This document shows, piece by piece, positions 7,961-17,839 of a stretch of DNA of 32,000 bases. The notes beneath the pieces were generated by a model that saw nothing but the letters and a program-made list of their open reading frames with translations, had not been told where the DNA came from and ran no database searches. The position numbers and the translations under genes were made by a program. The stretch comes from Cupriavidus necator (GTDB lineage: Bacteria; Pseudomonadota; Gammaproteobacteria; Burkholderiales; Burkholderiaceae), in contig NZ_CP066019.1 of assembly GCF_016127575.1 (NCBI RefSeq), positions 2,790,001-2,822,000 of the forward strand, in the 5' to 3' direction. The stretch's first letter is position 1. Each line of letters opens with the position of its first letter.

Positions 7961-8040
7961 GCGTGCCATGCGTGCCATGCGTGCCATGCGTGCCATGCGT
8001 GCCATGCGGGCGATGCGGGCGATGCGGGCGATGCGCGCAT
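7961..8040. repeat. 9-bp tandem repeat array, GCGTGCCAT x5 then GCGGGCGAT x3 then partial GCGCGCAT
   Basis: Read directly: 7961-8005 holds five exact copies, 8006-8032 holds three exact copies of a 2-substitution variant, and a degenerate copy follows. Confidence 0.95.
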
Positions 8041-8048
8041 GCAGCAAA

Positions 8049-8070
8049 GGCTGGCCCCTGGCGGCCAGCC
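8049..8070 (+). other. GC-rich hairpin between the repeat array and the IclR gene (possible weak terminator or insulator)
   Basis: GGCTGGCC (8049-8056), a 6-nt loop, then GGCCAGCC (8063-8070), followed by GGTTTAAGATT. The U-tract is poor. Confidence 0.3.
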
Positions 8071-8122
8071 GGTTTAAGATTGCGCGATTATCGGACAACA
8101 AGCCCAGACAACACACCTCCCA

Positions 8123-8971
8123 ATGGACGTCCTCCGCCCCCTCGGTCTTGGCCATGCACAGGCCGACACCGTCCGCGTTGCCCGGCCCCAGGCCGACCTG
8201 CTCGCCAGTTTTGCCGGCGATCCCAACTTCATGCTGTCGCTGGCGCGCGGGCTGACCGTGCTGGAGGCGTTCTCGGAACGCAAGCGCCCGCTGACGATCT
8301 CGCAGGTGGCGCAGCGCACGCAGCTGTCGCGCGCCTCGGTGCGGCGCTGCCTCTATACGCTGGAACAGCTCGGCTACGTCAGCCAGCAGGACGGCCAGTT
8401 CGCGCTGCGGCCGCGCGTGCTGCACCTGGGCCACGCGTATTTCTCGTCGACCTCGCTGGTGTCTCTGGCGCAGCCGATCCTGGACAACCTGAGCGCGCGC
8501 ATCCACGAGACCTGCACGCTGGCGATCCTGGACGGCACCGACATCCTGTACCTGGTGCGCTCCGAAGTGCAGCGGGTGCTGAACTATTCGCTAGGCATGG
8601 GCAGCCGCCTGCCGGCCTACTGCACCTCCAACGGCCGGCTGCTGCTGGCGCACCAGCCCGCCACGGTGCTGGACGGCTTCTTCGAGCACGCCGAACTGCG
8701 CCCGCGCACGCTGCAGACCAAGGTCTCGCGCCAGGAGCTGGAAGCATGCTTCGAGCGCGCCCGCGAAGTGGACTACGTGATCGTCGATGAGGAGCTGGAA
8801 CCGGGCCTGCGCGCGATGGCCGTCCCGGTGCGCTCGGCCTCGGGCATCGTGCTGGCGGGGCTGAGCGTGAGCGTGCGCGCCGCGCGTGTCTCTGAAACAG
8901 AGATGATCTCGCGGCTGCTGCCGCCGATACGCGAAGCCGCGGCGGCAATTGGCCGGCTGATCGGCTCCTGA
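8123..8971 (+). CDS. IclR-family transcriptional regulator, PcaR-like
   Basis: GDPNFMLSLARGLTVLEAFSERKRPLTISQVAQRTQLSRASVRRCLYTLEQLGY and GSRLPAYCTSNGRLLLA closely follow the PcaR/PobR subgroup pattern. The start codon is uncertain because no SD precedes 8123. Confidence 0.85.
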   Translation: MDVLRPLGLGHAQADTVRVARPQADLLASFAGDPNFMLSLARGLTVLEAFSERKRPLTISQVAQRTQLSRASVRRCLYTLEQLGYVSQQDGQFALRPRVLHLGHAYFSSTSLVSLAQPILDNLSARIHETCTLAILDGTDILYLVRSEVQRVLNYSLGMGSRLPAYCTSNGRLLLAHQPATVLDGFFEHAELRPRTLQTKVSRQELEACFERAREVDYVIVDEELEPGLRAMAVPVRSASGIVLAGLSVSVRAARVSETEMISRLLPPIREAAAAIGRLIGS

Positions 8972-9048
8972 TTGCCGCTGACTACCCGGGCAGCCGCACG
9001 GGATTGAGGTAAGCCGGGTCCGGGTTGCGCGGCCTCGGCACCAGTGCT

Positions 9049-9807
9049 TCAGCCCCGGTGCGCCAGTTCCAGCGCAAATACCAGCCGCTGCAGGAAGTTC
9101 TCCATGCGCCCGTCCGGATGGATGAAGGCGCAGCCGAAATGGTGGATGGCGCTGTCGTCATGGCCCACCAGCCAGTGGCCAACCACCTGCAGGTCCAGCT
9201 CAAGCTTGCCCAGTTCGCGGAAGTCCAGCCGGCACTTGCCGACCGTGGTGCCGACCGGCAGGTGCTCTGCCGAGACCGTCTTCGAGCGCAGCCCCACGCC
9301 CGACAGCGACAGGTCGGCGATATCGAGCCCCAGCACGGTCTTGTCCGACATGTGGATCTCGCAGCGGTAGCCCCTGGTCACCAGCGTGCGCGCGCGGAAA
9401 TGGCGGCGGCGCTGGAAGTGGTAGAGCTTCTCGGGGAATTCGACGACGAAGGCCGGGCCTTCCTCATAGCGCATGGCGGCCGGCTGGCCCACCACAAAGT
9501 TGACCGGCACGCCGCGCAACAGCCCCGAGAACGCATTTTCATCCGAGGTCATCAGCGACATCCGCTCGGGTTCCGCGTTGCACCAGTCGAACACGAAGGT
9601 GCGGTCGACCGGGTCGACGTGCAGGACCGACGTGACGAACTGGTGCCCGGTGCGGGTGCGCACGCTCAGCATGCACTTCTGCCAGGACAGGTCGCGCAGC
9701 ACGGTGCCGATCTGCGAGTTGTGCGTCAGGCGATAACGGTCATCCGCCGGCTCAATGTCGGATTCGGCGCCGTTATCGGCTGGCCCGGAGGCATCGTGCT
9801 GATTCAT
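9049..9807 (-). CDS. ycgR: flagellar brake protein YcgR (YcgR N-domain plus PilZ c-di-GMP-binding domain)
   Basis: The RRRHFR...DLSLSGVGL PilZ motifs (RxxxR and D/NxSxxG) follow a YcgR-type N-domain. The length from the ATG at 9807 is 252 aa. ATGs further upstream extend into non-coding-like sequence. Confidence 0.8.
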   Translation of the reverse strand: MNQHDASGPADNGAESDIEPADDRYRLTHNSQIGTVLRDLSWQKCMLSVRTRTGHQFVTSVLHVDPVDRTFVFDWCNAEPERMSLMTSDENAFSGLLRGVPVNFVVGQPAAMRYEEGPAFVVEFPEKLYHFQRRRHFRARTLVTRGYRCEIHMSDKTVLGLDIADLSLSGVGLRSKTVSAEHLPVGTTVGKCRLDFRELGKLELDLQVVGHWLVGHDDSAIHHFGCAFIHPDGRMENFLQRLVFALELAHRG

Positions 9808-9981
9808 GGATTCACGCAACATCTGGAGTGGCTGGGATCGCCGGGTACGGGGGCTTCGGCCTGCCGGCCGCGCGCATGTTAAGCGCGTGTCCCGATGCCC
9901 GGCAAGACGCATGCTCTCACTTCGGCAGATCTGTGGCAGAACTTGAGCACAGACTTCCGGGGGGTAGCGCGCACGGCGCTT

Positions 9982-10875
9982 TCAGGCGTCCGGGGGTAAA
10001 GGCGGCGGCGCAGCAAGCGTTGCCTGCGCCTCTTCGCGCAACCACGCCAGCAGCACCAGCCGGCGCGTGTCGTGTTCAAACGGCGCGGGCGACAACAAAT
10101 GATAGGCCGTTCCGTCAGCAACGAAGCCGAACGGCGCGGCCAGCCGGCCATCGGCGATCTCGTCGGCGGCCATCAGCTGCGAGGCCATGGCCCAGCCCAG
10201 CCCCGCTGCGGCGGCCTGCAGGCTGAGGTAGAAATGTTCATACCAGGCGTCGCCGTCGCACTGCACGGCGGGGGCGGCATCGCCGCGCACCGCCTGCCAG
10301 CGCTGCCATGCCTCGGGCCGCGTGCGCGTATGCAGCCGCGCCGGGACCGTGGCTGCCCCCTGCGCAAGCTGTGGCCGGCACACCGGCCCCACCCGTTCCT
10401 GCGCTACCTCGCGCGCGTGCCAGCGCGCATCGAAGGCAAAGTCATTGCGCCGCAGTGCCAGGTCGGCGCCGCTGCGGGTGAAGTCGATCGGCCCGCCCGC
10501 AGCCATCAGGTGCAGCGGGATATCGGGATGGCGCGCGGCAAAGCGCGGCAGCCGCGGGATCAGCCAGCGCATGGCGATGGTCGGCTCGCATGACAGCACC
10601 AGCGCTCGCCCCGGCGGCTGCGTGCGGATGCGCGCGGCGGCGCCGGCCAGCACCTCCATCGATTGCGTGGACGCCGCAAACAGCGTGCGCCCCGCCTCGG
10701 TCAGGAAGACCCCGCGGTTGCGCCGCTCGAACAGCGCCACGCCCAGCGTGTCCTCGAGCTGGCGGATCTGCCGGCTGACCGCGCCATGGGTCAGGTGCAG
10801 TTCCTCCGCCGCCCGGACAAAGCTTTCGTGGCGTGCCGCGGCCTCGAAGAATCGGATCCAGCCCAGCCAGTGCAT
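9982..10875 (-). CDS. LysR-family transcriptional regulator (GcvA-like)
   Basis: MHWLGWIRFFEAAARHESFVRAAEELHLTHGAVSRQIRQLEDTLGVALFER is an HTH followed by a LysR substrate-binding domain. The gene is divergent from a LysE exporter. Confidence 0.9.
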   Translation of the reverse strand: MHWLGWIRFFEAAARHESFVRAAEELHLTHGAVSRQIRQLEDTLGVALFERRNRGVFLTEAGRTLFAASTQSMEVLAGAAARIRTQPPGRALVLSCEPTIAMRWLIPRLPRFAARHPDIPLHLMAAGGPIDFTRSGADLALRRNDFAFDARWHAREVAQERVGPVCRPQLAQGAATVPARLHTRTRPEAWQRWQAVRGDAAPAVQCDGDAWYEHFYLSLQAAAAGLGWAMASQLMAADEIADGRLAAPFGFVADGTAYHLLSPAPFEHDTRRLVLLAWLREEAQATLAAPPPLPPDA

Positions 10876-11007
10876 CAGTCAGTTTTTCTCACGTAATTGC
10901 GCGAGTATATATCGGTTGTGACGGCGCTTTCCGGCACGCAGAATTGGGTACGCCCGGATCTCCCGATGTGGCGATCTCCGGATAATTACAACGTAACCTG
11001 ACAGAAA

Positions 11008-11631
11008 ATGCCCCCAATCGCCGAATCCCTGGCGGTCGCCGCCGTGACCGTGCTGGCCGTTGTCAGTCCGGGCCCGGACTTCGCCATGGTGACCCGCAAC
11101 AGCTACCTGTACGGCCGCCGCGCCGGCCTGCTCAGCGCCCTCGGAATCGCGCTGGGGGTGCAGGTGCATGTGCTCTATACGATGTTCGGGGTGGCGCTGC
11201 TGATGGCTCATGCGCACAGCATGCTGACGGTGGTGAAGATGCTGGGGGCGGCCTACCTGGTGTGGATCGGCGTCCAGACCCTGCGCAACCGCGAGGCGCT
11301 GGCAGCAGACCTGCAAGGTGCGCGCACGCTGCGGCCGTGGGCGGCGCTGCGCATGGGCTTCCTGACCAATGCGCTGAACCCGAAGACCACGCTGTTCGTG
11401 GTCAGCACCTACACCCAGGTGGTCGGTGCGCACACGCCGGTGCCGGTGCAATGGGCTTATGGCGGATTCATGTCGGTGGCGCACCTGGCGTGGTTCAGCC
11501 TGGTGGCGTGCGTATTCACCGCGCCGGCGCTGCGCGCGGCGATGCTGCGGCGCCAGCGGCTGCTGGACCGCACCATCGGCTCGGCCTTGTGCGGGCTGGG
11601 CGTGGCGCTGGGGCTCAGCAACCTGGCGTAG
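11008..11631 (+). CDS. LysE/RhtB-family amino-acid exporter
   Basis: 207 aa with six hydrophobic segments. The N-terminal VSPGPDFAMV motif is typical of LysE/RhtB translocators. Confidence 0.9.
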   Translation: MPPIAESLAVAAVTVLAVVSPGPDFAMVTRNSYLYGRRAGLLSALGIALGVQVHVLYTMFGVALLMAHAHSMLTVVKMLGAAYLVWIGVQTLRNREALAADLQGARTLRPWAALRMGFLTNALNPKTTLFVVSTYTQVVGAHTPVPVQWAYGGFMSVAHLAWFSLVACVFTAPALRAAMLRRQRLLDRTIGSALCGLGVALGLSNLA

Positions 11632-12184
11632 GGCCAGCCTGCGTCAGTGGCCAGGCCTGGCGCACGAGATGCTGGGGACCTTGCGGGCCGAGCCGGCTTT
11701 CGAACAGCACCAGCCGCTGCACGTGCCAGGGCTCGCTGGCCAGCGTGCGGTGCGTGTCGAGCCAGGCGCGCAGCACGCTTTCGGGCACTGACGGCTTGCA
11801 GCGCGCCAGCGTCAGGTGCGGATGGAAGCGCCGCCGCTCTGGGGTAATGCCCGCGGCCCCGGCCAGCGCCTGCCCGACATCGGCGTGCAGGGCGCGCAGC
11901 GCGTCCAGGCCGGGACCTGGCGCCAGGCCTGCCCACAGCACCGAACCCTGGCCGCTGCGGAAGCGCCCGGTACCGGCCGCCTGAAGCAGGAAGGCAGGCG
12001 CGCGGATGCTGTCGAGCGCGGCCTCCAGCGCGGCGCCAGGCACGTTGCACTCACCCAGGAAGTGCAGGGTCAGGTGGACCTGCTCTGGCGCTGCCGGCCG
12101 CACACCATGCGCGGGCGGCAGGGTCGCCAGCAGCCTTGCCGCCCGCGCGGGCGGGACTTCCACGGCAATGAACAGGCGCGGCAT
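11615..12184 (-). CDS. thpR: RNA 2',3'-cyclic phosphodiesterase (2H phosphoesterase, ThpR/LigT)
   Basis: Two HxT/S motifs at the expected spacing (HLTLHFLG and HLTLAR). Length is 189 aa. The 3' end overlaps the convergent LysE gene by 17 nt. Confidence 0.85.
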   Translation of the reverse strand: MPRLFIAVEVPPARAARLLATLPPAHGVRPAAPEQVHLTLHFLGECNVPGAALEAALDSIRAPAFLLQAAGTGRFRSGQGSVLWAGLAPGPGLDALRALHADVGQALAGAAGITPERRRFHPHLTLARCKPSVPESVLRAWLDTHRTLASEPWHVQRLVLFESRLGPQGPQHLVRQAWPLTQAGPTPGC

Positions 12185-12203
12185 GGCAGCGCGGCCAGCG
12201 CCA

Positions 12204-12704
12204 TCAGCCGGGCGTGGTGCCGACGCCTTCGCGCTGCAGCAAGGCGCGCTTGCGCTCGATGCCGCCGGCGTAGCCGGTCAGCGCGCCGGCGCTGCCCAGC
12301 ACGCGATGGCAGGGCACGATCACCGACAGCGGGTTGCGTCCCACCGCGCCGCCGACTGCGCGCGCATGCGTGGGCGGCAGGCCCAGGGTGCGGGCCAGTT
12401 CGCCGTACGACGCGGTCTCGCCGCAGGGGATGGCCAGCAGCGCCTCCCACACGCGCTGCTGGAACGGGCTGCCGGCAAAGCGCACCGGCACGGTGAAGGT
12501 ATCGCGGCGGCCGGCGAAATATTCGGCCAGTTCCGACGCGGCGCCGTCGAGCACCGCGGCATCGGCCGGCGACACGTCGCGGCTGTCGGCAATGCCCGCG
12601 GGATGGTATTTCTGCCCGGCGAAGAAGAGGCCGGTCAGGTGTGCGCCTTGCACGCGCAGCAGGATGGTGCCGAGCGGGCTGTCGATATGGCGATAGCTGG
12701 TCAT
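12204..12704 (-). CDS. ogt: methylated-DNA--protein-cysteine S-methyltransferase
   Basis: It has the PCHRV active site plus the GETASYGELA and NPLSVIVPCHRVLG context. The ATG at 12704 overlaps the stop of the upstream gene (ATGA). The longer ORF-track version (to 13559) overlaps the Ada-AlkA gene out of frame. Confidence 0.9.
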   Translation of the reverse strand: MTSYRHIDSPLGTILLRVQGAHLTGLFFAGQKYHPAGIADSRDVSPADAAVLDGAASELAEYFAGRRDTFTVPVRFAGSPFQQRVWEALLAIPCGETASYGELARTLGLPPTHARAVGGAVGRNPLSVIVPCHRVLGSAGALTGYAGGIERKRALLQREGVGTTPG

Positions 12705-14182
12705 GTGATCGTCTCCGGTTCGGCCGCGGCGCTGGCCGCGTCCTTCATCGCTTCGTAGCGATGCCACAGGTGGATGGCGGCGTAGGCACGCCACGGTGCC
12801 CATTGCGCGGTGCGCTCGTGCATCGCGCGCACGGTACTGACGCCCAGCACCTTGCGCAGCGCATAGTCGGTGCCGGGGAACGCATCGGGCCAGCCCAGCG
12901 CGCGCATGGCGACATACTGCGCGGTCCAGTCGCCGATGCCGTCGACCTCGCGCAGCGCCGCCACGGTCAGTTCCGGCTGCGCGTGCGCATCGAGGGCCAG
13001 CGTGCCGTTGGCCACGCGCTGCGCCAGCGCCAGCAGCGTGCGCGCCTTGCCCGCCGACACCCCGGCATCGCGCAAGCCTTGCTCTGGCAGTGTGGCAATG
13101 GCGGCGGCACTCGGGAACGTGTAGCGCAGGCCGTCCGGGGGCGTGCCGTCCAGCGCCTGTCCCGCGTGCCGCGCCAGCGCGCCCAGGATGCGCCGCGCCT
13201 GCACCACCGAGATCACCTGCCCCACCACCGCGCGCACCGCGATCTCGAAGCCATCGACGCTGCCCGGCAGGCGCACGCCCGGCATGGCCTCGGCAAGCTC
13301 GCCCAGGTGCCGGTCCACCACGTCCGGGCGGCAGCCCAGGTCGCACAGGCGGCGCACCTTGCCCAGCGCCTGCGGAATGACGCGCGCCAGCGAGGCCGAC
13401 AACGTCACGCGCAGCACCAGCCGGCGCGGCACGTGTTCGATCCGTACCCAGCCGGTGTGCGTGCTGCCGCCGGCATCCACCAGCAGCGTGCGCATATAGG
13501 TGCCGTCCCGGATCGCCTCGATGCCATCCACCGCGCGGGTAGCCAGGAAACGCAGCCATGCCTCCCAGGCAAACGGCGGGCGGTAACCCAGGTCGAACAC
13601 CAGCCGGTCGGCCACGCCGTCGGCGGCGCGGCGGCGCAGCGCCAGCGGCGTCAGGCCGTAGCGGGTCTTCAGCACATCGTTGAAGCGGCGCACGCTGCCG
13701 AAACCCGCCGCCAGCGCCACTTCGGTCACCGGCAGCGCGGTGTCGGCCAGCAAGCGCTTGGCCAGCAGCAGCCGCTGCGTCTGCGCGTACTCAAGCACCG
13801 ACACGCCGAACTGCGCATCGAACAGGCGCCGCAGGTGCCGCTCGGTCACGCCGATGCGCGCCGCCAGCGTGGCCACGCTGCCTTCGGCCATGAAGCCCTC
13901 GTCGATCAGCGTGGCCGCTGCCTGCGCCAGCCGGCCTGAAATATCGGCCAGCCCATGCCCGGGCGCAAGCTCCGGACGGCAGCGCAGGCAGGGGCGGAAG
14001 CCATGCTTCTCCGCCGCCGCGGCGCTCTCGTAGAAGGTGCAGTTTTCGCGCTTGGGCGTGCGTACTGCGCACACGGGCCGGCAGTACACGCCGGTCGACG
14101 ACACGCCCACGAAGAAGCGTCCGTCGAAGCGGCGGTCGTGCGAGGCGACGGCCTTGTAGCAGGTGTCGGGATCGAGGTGCAT
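12701..14182 (-). CDS. Ada N-terminal (Zn methylphosphotriester acceptor) / AraC HTH / AlkA DNA-3-methyladenine glycosylase II fusion protein
   Basis: The N-terminus RFDGRFFVGVSSTGVYCRPVCAVRTPKRENCTFY...FRPCLRCRP is the Ada Cys4 Zn module. An AraC-type HTH follows (ERHLRRLFDAQFGVSVLEYAQTQR). The C-terminus carries the HhH-GPD glycosylase (VDGIGDWTAQYVAMRALGWPDAFPGTD). Confidence 0.9.
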   Translation of the reverse strand: MHLDPDTCYKAVASHDRRFDGRFFVGVSSTGVYCRPVCAVRTPKRENCTFYESAAAAEKHGFRPCLRCRPELAPGHGLADISGRLAQAAATLIDEGFMAEGSVATLAARIGVTERHLRRLFDAQFGVSVLEYAQTQRLLLAKRLLADTALPVTEVALAAGFGSVRRFNDVLKTRYGLTPLALRRRAADGVADRLVFDLGYRPPFAWEAWLRFLATRAVDGIEAIRDGTYMRTLLVDAGGSTHTGWVRIEHVPRRLVLRVTLSASLARVIPQALGKVRRLCDLGCRPDVVDRHLGELAEAMPGVRLPGSVDGFEIAVRAVVGQVISVVQARRILGALARHAGQALDGTPPDGLRYTFPSAAAIATLPEQGLRDAGVSAGKARTLLALAQRVANGTLALDAHAQPELTVAALREVDGIGDWTAQYVAMRALGWPDAFPGTDYALRKVLGVSTVRAMHERTAQWAPWRAYAAIHLWHRYEAMKDAASAAAEPETIT

Positions 14183-14287
14183 GACGGCATGCTACCGCTA
14201 CCGGCAACCGCTTACCCGCTGGATTCGGACATTTCCCTCTGGCGCGCGGGCGTGGGCTGCGGCACAGTTCCTGGCAGGGGCGGCGGC

Positions 14288-14293
14288 TAGAAT
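14288..14293 (+). promoter_or_regulatory. candidate -10 box (GCTAGAATG context) for the M16 peptidase gene
   Basis: TAGAAT lies 52 nt upstream of the ATG at 14346. The same CTAGAATG octamer recurs upstream of three other genes in the window. Confidence 0.35.
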
Positions 14294-14345
14294 GCGCTTC
14301 GTGCCTCACCCGCCAACCCACTGCCACCGCCCGCCCGGAGACGCC

Positions 14346-17192
<2,847 letters not shown>

Positions 17193-17321
17193 CATACGCA
17201 GGAAACAATATTCGGCTGCACTGGCGAAAGGCCGCAGGCGCGGCCAGCGCAACATCGCAGTGGCAAGGCAGGGAGCGCTCGGCAGGCGTCCGGTGCAAGC
17301 CCCTTGCCGCGACCCCGGGTT

Positions 17322-17341
17322 GACTGTATATTCGTACAGTA
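17322..17341. promoter_or_regulatory. LexA (SOS) box overlapping a promoter
   Basis: GACTGTATATTCGTACAGTA has the form CTGT-N8-ACAG and matches 16 of 20 positions of TACTG(TA)5CAGTA, including all CTG/CAG positions. It overlaps TTGACT (17320-17325) and TATAAG (17340-17345), 23 nt upstream of the ATG at 17364. Confidence 0.75.
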
Positions 17342-17363
17342 TAAGTCGATATAAGAGGTGTGG

Positions 17364-17738
17364 ATGTCAATCGTGCGAGCTGGCAGCAAGGCAGAAGCGC
17401 TCAGGCTTCTGGCCTCGGAAGGTGTGCTGGCGCTTGAGCTGGACTACGAGACAGGATGGCAGGATGCCGTCGAACTCGGCAGGCTCGGAGAAAAGCGCGG
17501 TATCAAGGTGCAGTATCGCGGACAAGAAAGCATCGCCGTCCGTTCCCGCGAAGCCCTGATCGAAGGGCTGGCCAAACCCAAGGCCACGTTCCGTCAACGC
17601 AATCTCTATTGCCAGTTCGATCTCGGCACGCTGGCGGACCATGAACTGCTCGACCTCGAGGCCAAGGCCACGCGGCTCGGGGACTATATCCTCGCCGGCC
17701 ACCTGCTGCGCGATGTCGATGGCGTGTGGCCGCAATAA
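17364..17738 (+). CDS. hypothetical protein, predicted SOS-regulated (124 aa)
   Basis: The ATG at 17364 is preceded by AAGAGG (17353-17358). The ORF-track start at 17358 is a GTG inside the RBS spacer. The protein looks soluble and charged and has no recognisable family. A LexA box sits in its promoter. Confidence 0.6.
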   Translation: MSIVRAGSKAEALRLLASEGVLALELDYETGWQDAVELGRLGEKRGIKVQYRGQESIAVRSREALIEGLAKPKATFRQRNLYCQFDLGTLADHELLDLEAKATRLGDYILAGHLLRDVDGVWPQ

Positions 17739-17774
17739 GCGGCTTGCGCGCACGCCGGGCCACTAGAAGAGAAA

Positions 17775-17795
17775 AAGCCGCCATGCAGGCGGCTT
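17775..17795. terminator. bidirectional-type hairpin terminator between convergent genes
   Basis: Stem AAGCCGCC / GGCGGCTT with loop ATGCA. An A-run lies upstream on the plus strand, giving TTTTTCTCTTC after the stem on the minus strand. This fits termination of the minus-strand operon ending at 17840. Confidence 0.55.
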
Positions 17796-17839
17796 CCGTC
17801 ATATTGCGCTGAGCACGTTCTTCGTGCCCGATGCCCCGG

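Larger units (their letters stand above)
7732..8077 (+). pseudogene. frameshifted and C-terminally truncated YeeE/YedE-family (DUF6691-type) gene
   Basis: GGAGG lies 6-7 nt upstream of the ATG at 7732. MGTLFSLLAGLVFGIGLILSGMANPTKV then continues only in the +1 frame as LGFLDLAGAWDPSLAFVMAGAILVGVVAFALARRR, implying one extra C near 7816-7817. The expected C-terminal half (the GWG...CPGPA motif) is absent and is replaced by the 9-bp tandem array. Confidence 0.6.

Noticed and set aside
7961-8040. Tandem array as a CRISPR-like or minisatellite-encoded protein repeat of the YeeE gene
   Set aside because: It is not a CRISPR array, because the units are 9 bp and contiguous without spacers. In the YeeE reading frame the repeats give (ACH)5(AGD)3, which replaces rather than resembles the conserved C-terminal half of the family.
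12705-13559. N-terminal extension of the ogt ORF (451-aa version), and the similar extension of the response regulator ORF (27950-28420)
   Set aside because: Both extensions overlap strongly supported upstream genes (Ada-AlkA and glk) in another frame. The internal ATGs give proteins of normal family length with tight operon junctions.
14283-14300. Possible Ada box (AAGCGCA on the minus strand) upstream of the Ada-AlkA gene
   Set aside because: It matches only part of the E. coli-type AAAGCGCA element. It lies about 110 nt from the start codon and coincides with the TAGAAT box of the divergent peptidase promoter. This is too weak to call.
17193-17319. GC-rich nested inverted repeats after the M16 peptidase gene as a terminator
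   Set aside because: The stems are short or have very large loops, and no U-tract follows. I cannot distinguish them from the background self-complementarity of GC-rich DNA.
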